DNA from: Phycisphaerales bacterium
GTDB lineage: Bacteria; Planctomycetota; Phycisphaerae; Phycisphaerales; UBA1924
NCBI GenBank assembly: GCA_965227775.1
Contig: OZ245777.1
Coordinates: forward strand, 576,001 to 640,000
Length of the DNA stretch: 64,000 nt
Direction of reading: 5' to 3'
In this document: positions 27,884-37,720 of the stretch, in pieces
How the letters are laid out: each line of letters starts with the position of its first letter
Numbering within the stretch: position 1 is the stretch's first letter
Position numbers and translations under genes: made by a program
The notes under the pieces: generated by a model
The model's database searches: none
What the model was told of the DNA's origin: nothing
Seen by the model: only the letters and a program-made list of their open reading frames with translations

Positions 27884-28558
27884 TTGCCCGAGAACGCCAC
27901 GTCCGATGGACTACTTCGCACGCCGTTGGCCGCGCCGGCAGGTGTTGCGCCGCCTCTGCAGAAACGAAGCAGGGAAACCTACGAGAAGATCCTCGACGCT
28001 GCGGACCGGCTGCTGGCTGAGCAGAGCTTCGATGCCCTGCGCATCGAGGATTTGCTCGCCGCCGCCGAGGTCTCGGCCGGCTCGTTCTACGCGCGCTTTG
28101 AGGGCAAGGCAGCGCTGCTCGCAGCGCTCTATCACCGCTATCAAGAAGAACTGGTCGAGTTGCTCGACAGCCCACCGCCGAGCGTGCCCGCGAACGCCAC
28201 GCTCGAGGATCGCGTTCGCGTGTTTGTGCGTACTCGCATCCGCCGCTATCGTGCGCGCAAGGGCACCCTGCGCGCCGTGGTGCTCGATCTGCGGCTTCAC
28301 CCGGAGCGATTCCACCCGCAGATGCGCGAGCTGAACGCGCTCGCAGTAAAGCACATCGTCGAGGTCATCCGCCCGAGCCTGCCCGAGATCTGCGGGAGCG
28401 AGGCCCGGCTCATCAGCCTGGCGTACTTCGTTTCTGCTATCTGCCGAGACCGCATCTTGTTTGCGACGTGGCCCCACGCCTCGATTGCCGGCGGTTCGAT
28501 GGCACGGCTGGAAGAAGACCTCGTGCGGCTGGCCGTCGGATTCCTGCGGAGCGCATGA
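27884..28558 (+). CDS. TetR/AcrR family transcriptional regulator
   Basis: QKRSRETYEKILDAA...SAGSFYARFEGK HTH; TTG start after GGGGGAG. Confidence 0.9.
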   Translation: MPENATSDGLLRTPLAAPAGVAPPLQKRSRETYEKILDAADRLLAEQSFDALRIEDLLAAAEVSAGSFYARFEGKAALLAALYHRYQEELVELLDSPPPSVPANATLEDRVRVFVRTRIRRYRARKGTLRAVVLDLRLHPERFHPQMRELNALAVKHIVEVIRPSLPEICGSEARLISLAYFVSAICRDRILFATWPHASIAGGSMARLEEDLVRLAVGFLRSA

Positions 28559-28808
28559 CGCCCGGACGCGTCGGCAACGCCCCCGCCGCCGTCACGCAGA
28601 GACAGCAGTAAGAGCGCCGCATTGTGGAGGCCCGCCTCGCTCGCACGCCTATCGCGGACAGTCGATGCCGACGGTCCGCGGGGACTGGGTGAAGGCGCGA
28701 TGTCGAGTCTGGGTGGCTCCAGCGATGGAAGCATGAACCGCGCCCCGGACTCACGTGCTTCCAAAGACACTCGTGCAGACTCGGGACTCGAGCTACCACC
28801 CGATCCGT

Positions 28809-28827
28809 ATCCCCTATTTCGGGGGAT
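28809..28827. promoter_or_regulatory. Palindromic operator-like site
   Basis: ATCCCC-N7-GGGGAT about 90 nt upstream of the 28918 gene. Confidence 0.35.
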
Positions 28828-28917
28828 TGCCGTTGCCGTGGAGGAAAACTAGTGTTGCATGTGGGCCGTCCCGCAGGGGATGGTCGAGTGCCGCGTCAGT
28901 GTTCTCGGGGGTCAGAA

Positions 28918-30159
28918 ATGATGGATACGCATCACACTGCGTCGCGCGGTCGCGTCGCGCGCGGACTCGCAAGTCTCGCTGCTATTGCGGTCTTTCTCAG
29001 TGGGTGCATGGGCCAAGCCGGTGCGCATCGGCTCGGCTTCATCCCCGTTGCTGCACTGATCGGCAACGAGGACGGAAAGACGCAGTTGCCGGCCGATCCC
29101 GATCTCTACGTGGACTTCGATGACGGCCAGGGTGGCTTGGTCCGCACACCCCTTATTCGAATGGGATTCTGGACCCCCTACAACTCGAAGAACCTCGGGT
29201 GGCAGCGACGGCTGCAAGATCCGTCCAAGACGGCCAACCTTGCCGAGTCTTTCATGATCGTAGACGTCTCCAACCTCTACCAGTACACGGCACTCGGTCT
29301 CGAAGACTCGCAAAAGGAAGACTTTCAGCGCAGGCTCAGGAAGATCGCCGAGCAGTTACTGATCGCCGCAGATCAGAACGGGGATATCTACTGGCGCAAG
29401 CTGGTGGCCGATCTCGAGTCGGTCCAGCTTTACGAGAATCTCTCGAAGCTGTTTATCGGCGGCGGTGCTGGCGCAACCTTCGCTTCACCGACGATCGGTG
29501 TCATCCTAACGGTCACCGGCCTGGGAATCGAGATTTTCCGCGAGTCCTACGTTGACGGATTGGAGGTCGACGAGTACGCATCGCTCCGCGAGTCGGCCGC
29601 ACTGTATCGGCAGGCCATCCGAGGAAAGATGTACGAAATCATCGATGAAGCCCAGCCTGGTCGGCACGCCGTGCAATCTGTGCTGCGCTATGCGCAAGAC
29701 TATGCGTTCACGTATTCTATCAAAGGCTCGCTATACGCGGTGCAAAAGCAGAACGAAGAGTTGCAGAACTTGCTGGTCACGGGCGAGTCTTCGTGGAAGC
29801 CGTTCTTCGAGGCCCAGCGACGCAACTATCAGGACTCGCGCAACGAAGACCTCGAGCAGATGCAAGAACGGCTGCAACGCGAGATCGCACTCATCCAGAC
29901 GGCCATCGAGCGCGGCAGACTCGGCGCAGACGAACAGCAACCTAGTGGGGGCGACTCCGGTGACGGCGCGAGTACCGGGCCGGGCAGCGAGGAGGCGGGA
30001 ACCGAGTCGGGAGGAGCCGACGCACCGACAGCCGGTCAGCCGGAGGAGTCGACCACGGGCCAAGCGAGAGCTCCCGGGCAGCAGCCAACTCCTGCGACGA
30101 GCGGGCAGTCGTCGGGAAGCGCAGGCGGGCCCGCCGATCCAACAAATCAGCCCGTGTAG
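28918..30159 (+). CDS. Hypothetical lipoprotein with helical core and low-complexity tail
   Basis: Lipobox FLSGC; internal hydrophobic segment; G/S/P/Q/T-rich C-terminus. Confidence 0.7.
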   Translation: MMDTHHTASRGRVARGLASLAAIAVFLSGCMGQAGAHRLGFIPVAALIGNEDGKTQLPADPDLYVDFDDGQGGLVRTPLIRMGFWTPYNSKNLGWQRRLQDPSKTANLAESFMIVDVSNLYQYTALGLEDSQKEDFQRRLRKIAEQLLIAADQNGDIYWRKLVADLESVQLYENLSKLFIGGGAGATFASPTIGVILTVTGLGIEIFRESYVDGLEVDEYASLRESAALYRQAIRGKMYEIIDEAQPGRHAVQSVLRYAQDYAFTYSIKGSLYAVQKQNEELQNLLVTGESSWKPFFEAQRRNYQDSRNEDLEQMQERLQREIALIQTAIERGRLGADEQQPSGGDSGDGASTGPGSEEAGTESGGADAPTAGQPEESTTGQARAPGQQPTPATSGQSSGSAGGPADPTNQPV

Positions 30160-30228
30160 GCGGTTATCGCACCGCAGCTACGACCCCTTTCCCCGAACCC
30201 GCGTCCGCCTGAACGCATACCACGTCCG

Positions 30229-30708
30229 ATGGACGCCGACGAAGACCAACCCGCCGCGAGTGCGTCGGATTCTGCCACCGACGCCCTCATGGCCTTCCTC
30301 GGCGACCACGACGCCCCTTGCCCGGCTTGCGGCTACAACCTTCGCGGCCTGACGCGGCCGGTATGCCCCGAGTGCGAGCACGAGCTCGTGCTGACCGTCG
30401 GTCTGGCCCAGCCTCGTTTTGGCTGGCTGCTGGTGGCGTTGGTGCCCGGCATGTTCTCCGGCCTGGCGGGGCTGTTCCTATCAACCCTGATCGCGTTCAT
30501 CGCGATCATCGAGGGTGATCTCGCCCCGCCGGGCATGATCCTGCTTGCGATGTTCGGGGTTGGGAGCGGGGCGAGCGCGGTCGCGATGGCGCTCGCCCGC
30601 CAGAAGCTCATGGCTCGCCCCGTCGCCGCGCAGCAGAAGCTCGCCACCATCGCCTGGAGCGTGCACGTGCTGGCGTTCCTGGTGCTCTTGATCGCAGGCT
30701 TCTGGTAG
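30229..30708 (+). CDS. Membrane protein with N-terminal zinc ribbon
   Basis: CPACGYNLRGL...CPECE followed by 3 TM segments. Confidence 0.75.
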   Translation: MDADEDQPAASASDSATDALMAFLGDHDAPCPACGYNLRGLTRPVCPECEHELVLTVGLAQPRFGWLLVALVPGMFSGLAGLFLSTLIAFIAIIEGDLAPPGMILLAMFGVGSGASAVAMALARQKLMARPVAAQQKLATIAWSVHVLAFLVLLIAGFW

Positions 30709-30747
30709 CGCGGATCGACCTCGCTCCGATGAGCGAGCGCCTGCTTG

Positions 30748-31458
30748 TCAGCAACCCCCTGCGTCGAAGGCGTTGCTGAACTCGAGGAAATCGAAAAGCG
30801 TCAGCATTCCGTCGCAATCGAAGTCCGCCTTTAGATCGCCGGCGTCGAAGAGATTGCTGAATTCCAGGAAGTCGAACAGCGTCAGCTCGCCGTCGCCATC
30901 GATGTCACCCTCGCAGGTGCCGTCGGGCCCTTGCACCGAGACCGCATCGACGATGCCACCGCAACGCTCGGGGCTATCGGACAGAAACTGGATGCACGTC
31001 GCGCCGGCATTGCCCTCGAAGACGAACACGAACGGGCGCCAATCGCCCTGCGACCCACCGGTCAATCGCCGCTCTTCGCTCCCCCAACGGAAGATGACTT
31101 CTTTGCTACCCGGGCACTCGTCATTGCTAGACAGGCTGAACTCAATGGTGTAGAGCTCCCCGCGAATCGTCTTGATTCGTTGCCGGATGCCGCCGGGGCC
31201 GGGAGTGCCCACGACGTCGACCATCTGCCTGCCGTCGGCAGCGGCCCATCGTGGCTCGGCGAGGATATCGACAGAGCCGCGCGTGACCTCCCAGCCCAGA
31301 ATGAACGGGTCCCCCACACCCACCGTGCGGAATCCGCCGGGCATGATGGCCGGGAACTCGAAGCTGCCGTTGGTGATCTGCTCCTGGCCCGCGGCATTTG
31401 CGGCGGTCAGCGCACACACGGGGACGACGAGCATCGCGGTGGTGGTTCGACGGTTCAT
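30748..31458 (-). CDS. Secreted DUF642-like carbohydrate-binding domain with GC-type dockerin tail
   Basis: ITNGSFE...GWEV...SVD...IVDAVSV; tail DIDGDGELTLFDFLEF...DFDCDG...FDAGGC; GGAG SD. Confidence 0.82.
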   Translation of the reverse strand: MNRRTTTAMLVVPVCALTAANAAGQEQITNGSFEFPAIMPGGFRTVGVGDPFILGWEVTRGSVDILAEPRWAAADGRQMVDVVGTPGPGGIRQRIKTIRGELYTIEFSLSSNDECPGSKEVIFRWGSEERRLTGGSQGDWRPFVFVFEGNAGATCIQFLSDSPERCGGIVDAVSVQGPDGTCEGDIDGDGELTLFDFLEFSNLFDAGDLKADFDCDGMLTLFDFLEFSNAFDAGGC

Positions 31459-31769
31459 GGGATCCTGCTCCTCTTCCAGATAAACACCGCACGCGGCGGG
31501 CGTACGACCACGCAACATAAGAAGTGTACAGCAAATCGGCGTCGTGAAGGTGACAGTGGGAAAAACAAAGTATGAACAAGGAAAGAGGGGGAAGGAAGGC
31601 AAACAGAGAAAGCGGATCAAGGCCCGTCTGGAGAGCCGCGAGAGCGCACGAGGGCGTTCTGGCATGCATCTGCAACGATCAGCGATGCCGCAACAAGCCA
31701 CTGCCCCACCGCGTACCGCTGATGAATCATCCGCTACGGCATCCATTTCACGATCACCCGGAGGAGAGC

Positions 31770-32669
31770 ATGCCCAACGCCGTCCGCCGCATGCGAGGGC
31801 TTGCCACACTGGTCTTTGCCGCAGTCGCAACCAGTACGGCGGCCGATCCGGTGCCACTGGTCAATCCTGGCTTCGAAACGGTGAGCCGTGCGCTCGTGCC
31901 CGGCGAGCAGACCAACGGCATCGGCGGCGCGGGCGTTCAGGTTGGCACGATGTTCCCCTTCCCGTTTGGTGCCGGTGTCGTTGATTGGACCGACCCCGTG
32001 ATCGTGCCCGGCTGGCAGTCGCCGACGCTGCCGTTCGGAGATCCGAGGCAAGTCCTCGCGGGCGTCTTGCATCCGACCGAAGTTGATGGACAGCCGTTCA
32101 TCACGGGCGTCGATGGCGAGTACGTCTTAGCGATCCAAGCTGCCCAAGCGGGACAGAGGACCAGCGCGGTGCTGCAACCTGACACGGAGTACACACTGAG
32201 CTTCCTCGGTGGCATCAGCCGGTTCGACTCGGACTACTTCTTTGCAGTTTCGCTCATCGCAATCGATGACACCGCCACGCTGCCCATCGAAGGCCGTGCG
32301 GGCGTGACGCGCCTGGAGATCGGCCGGTTCTTCCCGCCGACCGGGCCCGAAGGGATCATCCGCCGCTACGAGTTCAGCTACATCACGCCCGCGACACTGC
32401 CACCCGCGCTCGTCGGCACGCATGTGGGCATCAACGTGTACGGCAGCGACGGCATCCCACGCGTGCTGTACGACGACTTCGCGCTGACGGCAACATCGCT
32501 CTCCTGCGTTGCCGATCTTGACGGCGACGGCGAGCTGACAATCTTCGACTTCCTCGAGTTCCAGAGTCTCTTCGACTTGATGGACCCGACTTCTGACTTC
32601 GATGGCGACGGAGAATTCACCATCTTCGACTTCCTTGCCTTCCAGAACGCGTTCGATGCGGAGTGCTGA
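31770..32669 (+). CDS. Secreted protein with GC-type dockerin tail
   Basis: GGAGG SD; signal peptide; LVNPGFE jelly-roll start; CVADLDGDGELTIFDFLEF...FDAEC. Confidence 0.82.
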   Translation: MPNAVRRMRGLATLVFAAVATSTAADPVPLVNPGFETVSRALVPGEQTNGIGGAGVQVGTMFPFPFGAGVVDWTDPVIVPGWQSPTLPFGDPRQVLAGVLHPTEVDGQPFITGVDGEYVLAIQAAQAGQRTSAVLQPDTEYTLSFLGGISRFDSDYFFAVSLIAIDDTATLPIEGRAGVTRLEIGRFFPPTGPEGIIRRYEFSYITPATLPPALVGTHVGINVYGSDGIPRVLYDDFALTATSLSCVADLDGDGELTIFDFLEFQSLFDLMDPTSDFDGDGEFTIFDFLAFQNAFDAEC

Positions 32670-32723
32670 AGACCCCGGCTCTGGAGAGCCGGAACACTGG
32701 CATGCCTACAACTTAGCTCGACC

Positions 32724-33842
32724 ATGCCCATCGGTGAACACACGATCGACCACCTGCTCGCCTGGCTGCCCTTTGCGGTCGTCCTCCTGGTATCGATCTT
32801 CATCGGCCTGGGAATGACCGCGTGGATGCGCCGGGCGAGAGCGGCTGACCGGCGGGTGCACCTGCAGGTCGCCGGCCTCGTGCTGCTCATCGCCACGCTG
32901 GTCGCCTTGACGATCACCCTGCCCGCCTCCGAGGGCGGGCTCATCACCGACGGCACCAAGGGCAACCTGCTCGGCCTCATCGGCCTGGGTGTCACAGCGC
33001 TGCTCACGCTCAGCTCGACCACGCTGGCCGCCAACGCCATGGCGGGGCTGATGCTCCGGCGCGTGGGCGCCTTTCGCATGGGCGACTTCATCCGCATCGA
33101 CACGCAGTTCGGCCGTGTCACCGAGCGCGGACTGTTCCACACCGAGATCCAGACCGAAGACCGCGATCTGGTGAGCCTGCCCAACCTGTACATCGCGACC
33201 AACCCCGTGCGCGTCGTCCGCGCCAGCGGTACGATCGTCACGACGGAGGTTTCGCTGGGGTACGACGAGTCGCATGCGGTGGTGCGGCCGCTGCTCATGC
33301 AGGCCGCCGAGTCGGTCGGCTTGGCGGACCCGTACGTGCTGATCGTCTCGCTCGAGGACCATGCCGTGGTATACCGCGTGTGCGGCTTCCTCGCCGAGAT
33401 CAAGACGCTGATCTCGGTGCGGTCGGCGCTGCGCGCCGCGGTGCTCGACTCGATCCACGGCGCCGGCCTGGAGATCGTCTCGCCGGGCTTCATGAACCAG
33501 CGCCCGCTGGACCCGTCGGTCCCTGTGATCCCGCGCGAGCCGGTCGCGCCCGTCAAACCGGAACCAGAGAGCACGGCAGAGAGCGCTCCTGAGAGCATCG
33601 CCTTCGACAAGGCCGAGCACGCCGAGAGGATCGAGCAGCTGTCCGCCGAACGCGAGTCGCTCGCGAAGGAACTGGCCCGACTGGGCCACGACCTCAAGGC
33701 CGCCGACGACGCGGACAAGGCAGCAATAGAAGGCGAGTGTGCGCGTGTGCAGGCCCGGCTGCAAGAAGTCGACGAGGAGATCGAGCGGGAAGTCGCGCCT
33801 GCGCCGGAACCTGAGGCCACTCCAGACAACAAGCGCGGTTAG
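32724..33842 (+). CDS. MscS-family mechanosensitive channel
   Basis: 3 TM; ANAMAGL...FRMGDFIRI...GRVTERGLFHTEI...LPN; coiled-coil tail. Confidence 0.88.
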   Translation: MPIGEHTIDHLLAWLPFAVVLLVSIFIGLGMTAWMRRARAADRRVHLQVAGLVLLIATLVALTITLPASEGGLITDGTKGNLLGLIGLGVTALLTLSSTTLAANAMAGLMLRRVGAFRMGDFIRIDTQFGRVTERGLFHTEIQTEDRDLVSLPNLYIATNPVRVVRASGTIVTTEVSLGYDESHAVVRPLLMQAAESVGLADPYVLIVSLEDHAVVYRVCGFLAEIKTLISVRSALRAAVLDSIHGAGLEIVSPGFMNQRPLDPSVPVIPREPVAPVKPEPESTAESAPESIAFDKAEHAERIEQLSAERESLAKELARLGHDLKAADDADKAAIEGECARVQARLQEVDEEIEREVAPAPEPEATPDNKRG

Positions 33843-33949
33843 AGCGTACCGGTTCGCCGCGAATTATCGCAACTCTCACACTGGCGGATACTCGTAATCG
33901 CGTGTGAGCTCCAAGGCTGCACGGGTTTCCCAGAGAAGCCGCCAGACGC

Positions 33950-34936
33950 TCATACAGCGTTGACCGCGTAGCGCTCCTGGTTGTCGTGCAGGTGCTTGAG
34001 CTGCTTGCGCAGGTCGTTCACCAGATTCCAGTACAGGATCAGCGCGATCAGCGGCCCGACGAGGATGATCGCGCCCACTGTCGCCAGCAGCGGCACCAGC
34101 CACGCGTTGCGCTTGCCGCGCCTGTGGATGTCCTGGTCGGGGATGCGCTGGCCCAGCCAGCCCACGTAGAGCATCTGCACGATGTAGCCCCCCACGCCAA
34201 CAAGGGTGCCCAGCAGGCCGAACCCGCCGACCAGGGCGATCGCTCCCATGCTCGCACCGGCAGTGCCCGGGCCGGACGGCGCGGTGGACGCGGGCGAGAC
34301 GCCGATGGCCAGGCCCGCGACGAACTGCAGCGCCGTAAGCCCGGCGCTGGCGATCAGCAGCCCGCGCACCCAGATCCGGGCCTTGTCCAAGTGCGTCGAT
34401 TTGTGCGCCGGCATCGCGGTGCTCAGCAGCCACCAGCCGTAGAGCAGCACCAGGCCCAGCACCAACCCGCCAATGCTGGCCAGCGCCTCCACCACCACCG
34501 GGGCGGTCCCGATCGGGCTGCTCGCTGCGAAGTACATCCCCACACCAAAGCTCAGGACGAAGAACACGACCATGACCAGGATCGTCACGACGACGATGGA
34601 GGCCCCGCGGTGCAACGTCGCGAGGTACGCCGCCGGAGCGAAGGCCAGCAGGTCGCCCCGAAGCGAATTGGCGATGGGCGTGCCGCACTCGGGGCACTGG
34701 CCGTTGGGCGAGAGCCCCGCCAGGTCGTAGCCACAGCCCACGCACAAGGCCCCATCGCGGACGCGGCCGGTGGGCAGGCCGCCGGGCGTGGTGGGCGGGG
34801 CGCTGGGCCGGAGATGATCGGGGACGGGCGGCGGGGATGCGACCTCCGCCTCGGGTTCGAGCTCGTACCCGATCTCGCCCTCGATCTCATCGTCAAAACC
34901 GTCGCCACCGGGCCGATCGCTGGTATTGTCACGCAT
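33950..34936 (-). CDS. Membrane protein with N-terminal zinc ribbon
   Basis: CVGCGYDLAGL...CPECG followed by about 5 TM segments. Confidence 0.75.
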   Translation of the reverse strand: MRDNTSDRPGGDGFDDEIEGEIGYELEPEAEVASPPPVPDHLRPSAPPTTPGGLPTGRVRDGALCVGCGYDLAGLSPNGQCPECGTPIANSLRGDLLAFAPAAYLATLHRGASIVVVTILVMVVFFVLSFGVGMYFAASSPIGTAPVVVEALASIGGLVLGLVLLYGWWLLSTAMPAHKSTHLDKARIWVRGLLIASAGLTALQFVAGLAIGVSPASTAPSGPGTAGASMGAIALVGGFGLLGTLVGVGGYIVQMLYVGWLGQRIPDQDIHRRGKRNAWLVPLLATVGAIILVGPLIALILYWNLVNDLRKQLKHLHDNQERYAVNAV

Positions 34937-35051
34937 GGTTTGAGCGTAGCAAGCGGCGTCTCGATGTGCCCAGGTCCTCAAGGTCGCTGCCAGACTCGTG
35001 TCCAAACTGAGCCAAGACAGACACGTGACAGACTCTGCGCAGAGACACAAG

Positions 35052-36113
35052 CTAAGACTTGATGTAGTCCTCAAGCCGCTGCTGCTGCTTCCTCAGCTGA
35101 TCCGACAGCTTCTGTAGAGTCTGCTTTAACTCGTCGACCTTGATCCTACCAATGCTCTGAATTGTTAGTTGAGGTTGAACAATGCCACTAGTGGCTTCGA
35201 TGTACTCATCAAGCGCGTTTTCCCATCGACTAGACAGCTTGCTGATTCGGTCATCCCAGCGGTTCTCATGATCGCGAAACTCCCCGCTGCTGCGTGCCAA
35301 GTGCAGTGCGACAACCGTGTTCCTTTTGCTACCGAATCGGTTTCCCTGATACTGCTGACGAATTTTCTCAATTTCTTCGGTGTGCTGTAGCCTGTATTGC
35401 ACATATGCACGGGACACCGGACTGAGACCATCCAGCTCCTTTGTTGCCTGCTTGACGACCGCAAGAGCTGGCTTTGCCTGTTCAGCAACTTCACCTGCGG
35501 CTTCCAACTCAGGTACGCCAGAAGACGACCCTAGAACCTTCAGCGTGGCAGCCACCTTGTCCAAAGCACTAGAGGTCTTCTGTACAACAGGCTCAATCTG
35601 CTTGCGCCAGCGCTCCAATCTAATCTGCGTGGACAATGCAACCGAGGTGTCTTGATCAATCTTTTTGAGACCACCTACAATGGCGTTGTGCAACTCCGCC
35701 AACTGTCGGCCCTCAGTTGCAAGACGACCCCAAGTTTTGCGTTCGTTGTCATACCACTCCTGGTAGAGGTCCGACAGTCGGTCCCGGTCCTCTGAATACT
35801 TGTCTTTCCAAACCCTAGTGGCTTCACCCCAAGCATTGCTGAGCTCGCGCCGAGCCACCTTACACGCCGCGGTCCACGCACCCGGGTCGCCTCTTTCCGA
35901 TGCGATGATCTTGTCTAGCTTTGCAAGCTGGGCCCGGCTCACCTTTATGTAGTCTTGAAGGGGCGCCAGGACATCGGGCGGTGCGGCCACCGTTGAGCTG
36001 AGCCTGGGTAAGTCTTCGCCGGCAAGCGCCTTACGAGTCGTCGTGACGCTGAGCACCATACACGCGATGACTAGAAGGGCTGCGTACGTCTTGCAGGTGT
36101 TCAAGTTATTCAT
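35052..36113 (-). CDS. Secreted coiled-coil hypothetical protein with atypical composition
   Basis: Signal peptide, helical sequence; visibly more AT-rich than the flanks; TGATG overlap with the upstream gene. Confidence 0.7.
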   Translation of the reverse strand: MNNLNTCKTYAALLVIACMVLSVTTTRKALAGEDLPRLSSTVAAPPDVLAPLQDYIKVSRAQLAKLDKIIASERGDPGAWTAACKVARRELSNAWGEATRVWKDKYSEDRDRLSDLYQEWYDNERKTWGRLATEGRQLAELHNAIVGGLKKIDQDTSVALSTQIRLERWRKQIEPVVQKTSSALDKVAATLKVLGSSSGVPELEAAGEVAEQAKPALAVVKQATKELDGLSPVSRAYVQYRLQHTEEIEKIRQQYQGNRFGSKRNTVVALHLARSSGEFRDHENRWDDRISKLSSRWENALDEYIEATSGIVQPQLTIQSIGRIKVDELKQTLQKLSDQLRKQQQRLEDYIKS

Positions 36114-37435
36114 CAGAAAGTCACCCCGAAACTGTTGATGATGTACCACTGGCCACCGTCTTCGCGCTCTAACTGGAGCGCACGCGGGCGTGCGGTCTGC
36201 ACGCCGCGCACATCAAATAGTCGAACTTCTACGGTTACTTGCTCGATCTTGACGACGCCGTCGTCTTCTTGCTCGTCCGCCCCGCCTCCATCGCCAAAGA
36301 GATCCTCCAGCGCGTCGGCCGCTTCGGTACCACCCTGGATGACCTCGATCTCGCCCACCGACCATGGCTCGGCGTGGGCGTGGTGCTCGACAAATCCCTT
36401 TATGTTCTGATCGTAGATGTAGTCCACGCTGGTGCCCGTGCGTTCGTCGGGGTTCATGCACGCCAGGTATAGCTCCTTGTTCTTCTCCTTGATAGCTGTA
36501 ACAAAGAGCCGAACTACGTCATCCGGCGACGCGTCTGCGGGAACGCCGGTTGCCGTGAAGGTCAGCGAGTTGGCCAATTCGTCCTCGGCAGAAAAAGTTG
36601 CTTGCGGCGGGTTGCCACTGACCTCGGCCGCGACGACGCCCGGAACGGAGAACGCGACCGGTTCGACGACCCAGCCAACATACGCGTTACCGACGCCGCC
36701 CTCGCCCTCGCCTGGAACGAGCAGGTGCGAGCCCACGACCTTGGCGATAATGTGCCAGTCTCCCTGGTCCAGCACGCTCACCGCGCGCTGGTAGCGCCGC
36801 ATTGCCTCGAACAACGCCGTGTACGCCCGCCCGCTGGCGTCAATGTATACGTAGCCGTACTCGGCCGATCCCCCGCCGATCCAGTTCAGGCCATTCTGGC
36901 GAAAGAGATCGGCCTCAACGTCTGCCACAAAGGACACGTGCGTGCCAGCTACCTCCTCGAGCTCGGTCTGCATCGGGTCTGGCAGCGACTCGAGTCCCAC
37001 CGGTTTCGTCGAGTCTGATACTCCCTGCCAGTGCTCGGCCGCCCGCTCGGCGATGATGGACGCGACGTCTTCCTCACGCGAGCGATACGCCAGCATGTCC
37101 TCCGTGAGTTCCATGCGTGTGCCCAGACGCTGCTCGTAGACCAGCTTGGCACGCGCAAACAGGGACTGCAGCGTCTCGTGGTCTGGGTAGTCACGAGCCA
37201 GTTTGCCGATCTCCTGGAGCAACTCGATTTGCCCGGAAGACAGCTCATACGGCTGCCCTCGCAGCATGGACACCGTGTCCTCGATCTTCTCCAACTGATA
37301 GTCGTAATTGTCCAGTTCCAATCGACTCGGCTGCGCCGTTGCCATCGCGGCGGCTAGGACGATGACCAGGACAGCCAAAAACCAGGATGCCTGAGCACCC
37401 CGGACACACCCCGTTCGTTCTTGTACTTCTTGCAT
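36113..37435 (-). CDS. Secreted acidic hypothetical protein, possible C-terminal NTF2-like domain
   Basis: Signal peptide ending ATA-Q; SPDDVVRLFVTAIKEKN...LEREDGGQWYI pattern. Confidence 0.7.
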   Translation of the reverse strand: MQEVQERTGCVRGAQASWFLAVLVIVLAAAMATAQPSRLELDNYDYQLEKIEDTVSMLRGQPYELSSGQIELLQEIGKLARDYPDHETLQSLFARAKLVYEQRLGTRMELTEDMLAYRSREEDVASIIAERAAEHWQGVSDSTKPVGLESLPDPMQTELEEVAGTHVSFVADVEADLFRQNGLNWIGGGSAEYGYVYIDASGRAYTALFEAMRRYQRAVSVLDQGDWHIIAKVVGSHLLVPGEGEGGVGNAYVGWVVEPVAFSVPGVVAAEVSGNPPQATFSAEDELANSLTFTATGVPADASPDDVVRLFVTAIKEKNKELYLACMNPDERTGTSVDYIYDQNIKGFVEHHAHAEPWSVGEIEVIQGGTEAADALEDLFGDGGGADEQEDDGVVKIEQVTVEVRLFDVRGVQTARPRALQLEREDGGQWYIINSFGVTF

Positions 37436-37609
37436 CCATACCCCCTTGCTGCAATCAAGCCTTACCGACAGCGATGCGCGACCTAGCCACCTCCGGTACG
37501 CGGCAAGGCCACATTTGAGATAGCGTACAAGGAAGCTTCTACTCACGCAAAAAAACATTCTCCTGACATGCAACACCCGAAACTTCGGCGGGCCGGGGTC
37601 TCAATGAGA

Positions 37610-37647
37610 ACGCGCAGCTCCTGCGCGTCCGGACATGGGAATGGGGC
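37610..37647 (+). repeat. 38-nt intergenic direct repeat, copy 1
   Basis: 34/38 identical to 38275-38312 by manual alignment. Confidence 0.8.
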
Positions 37648-37720
37648 GAGTTCGCGAGCGCCGCCACATCGGACGGATTAGGCTACCGCGATACGACGCG
37701 CCATTTTGGGGGCCACCGCC

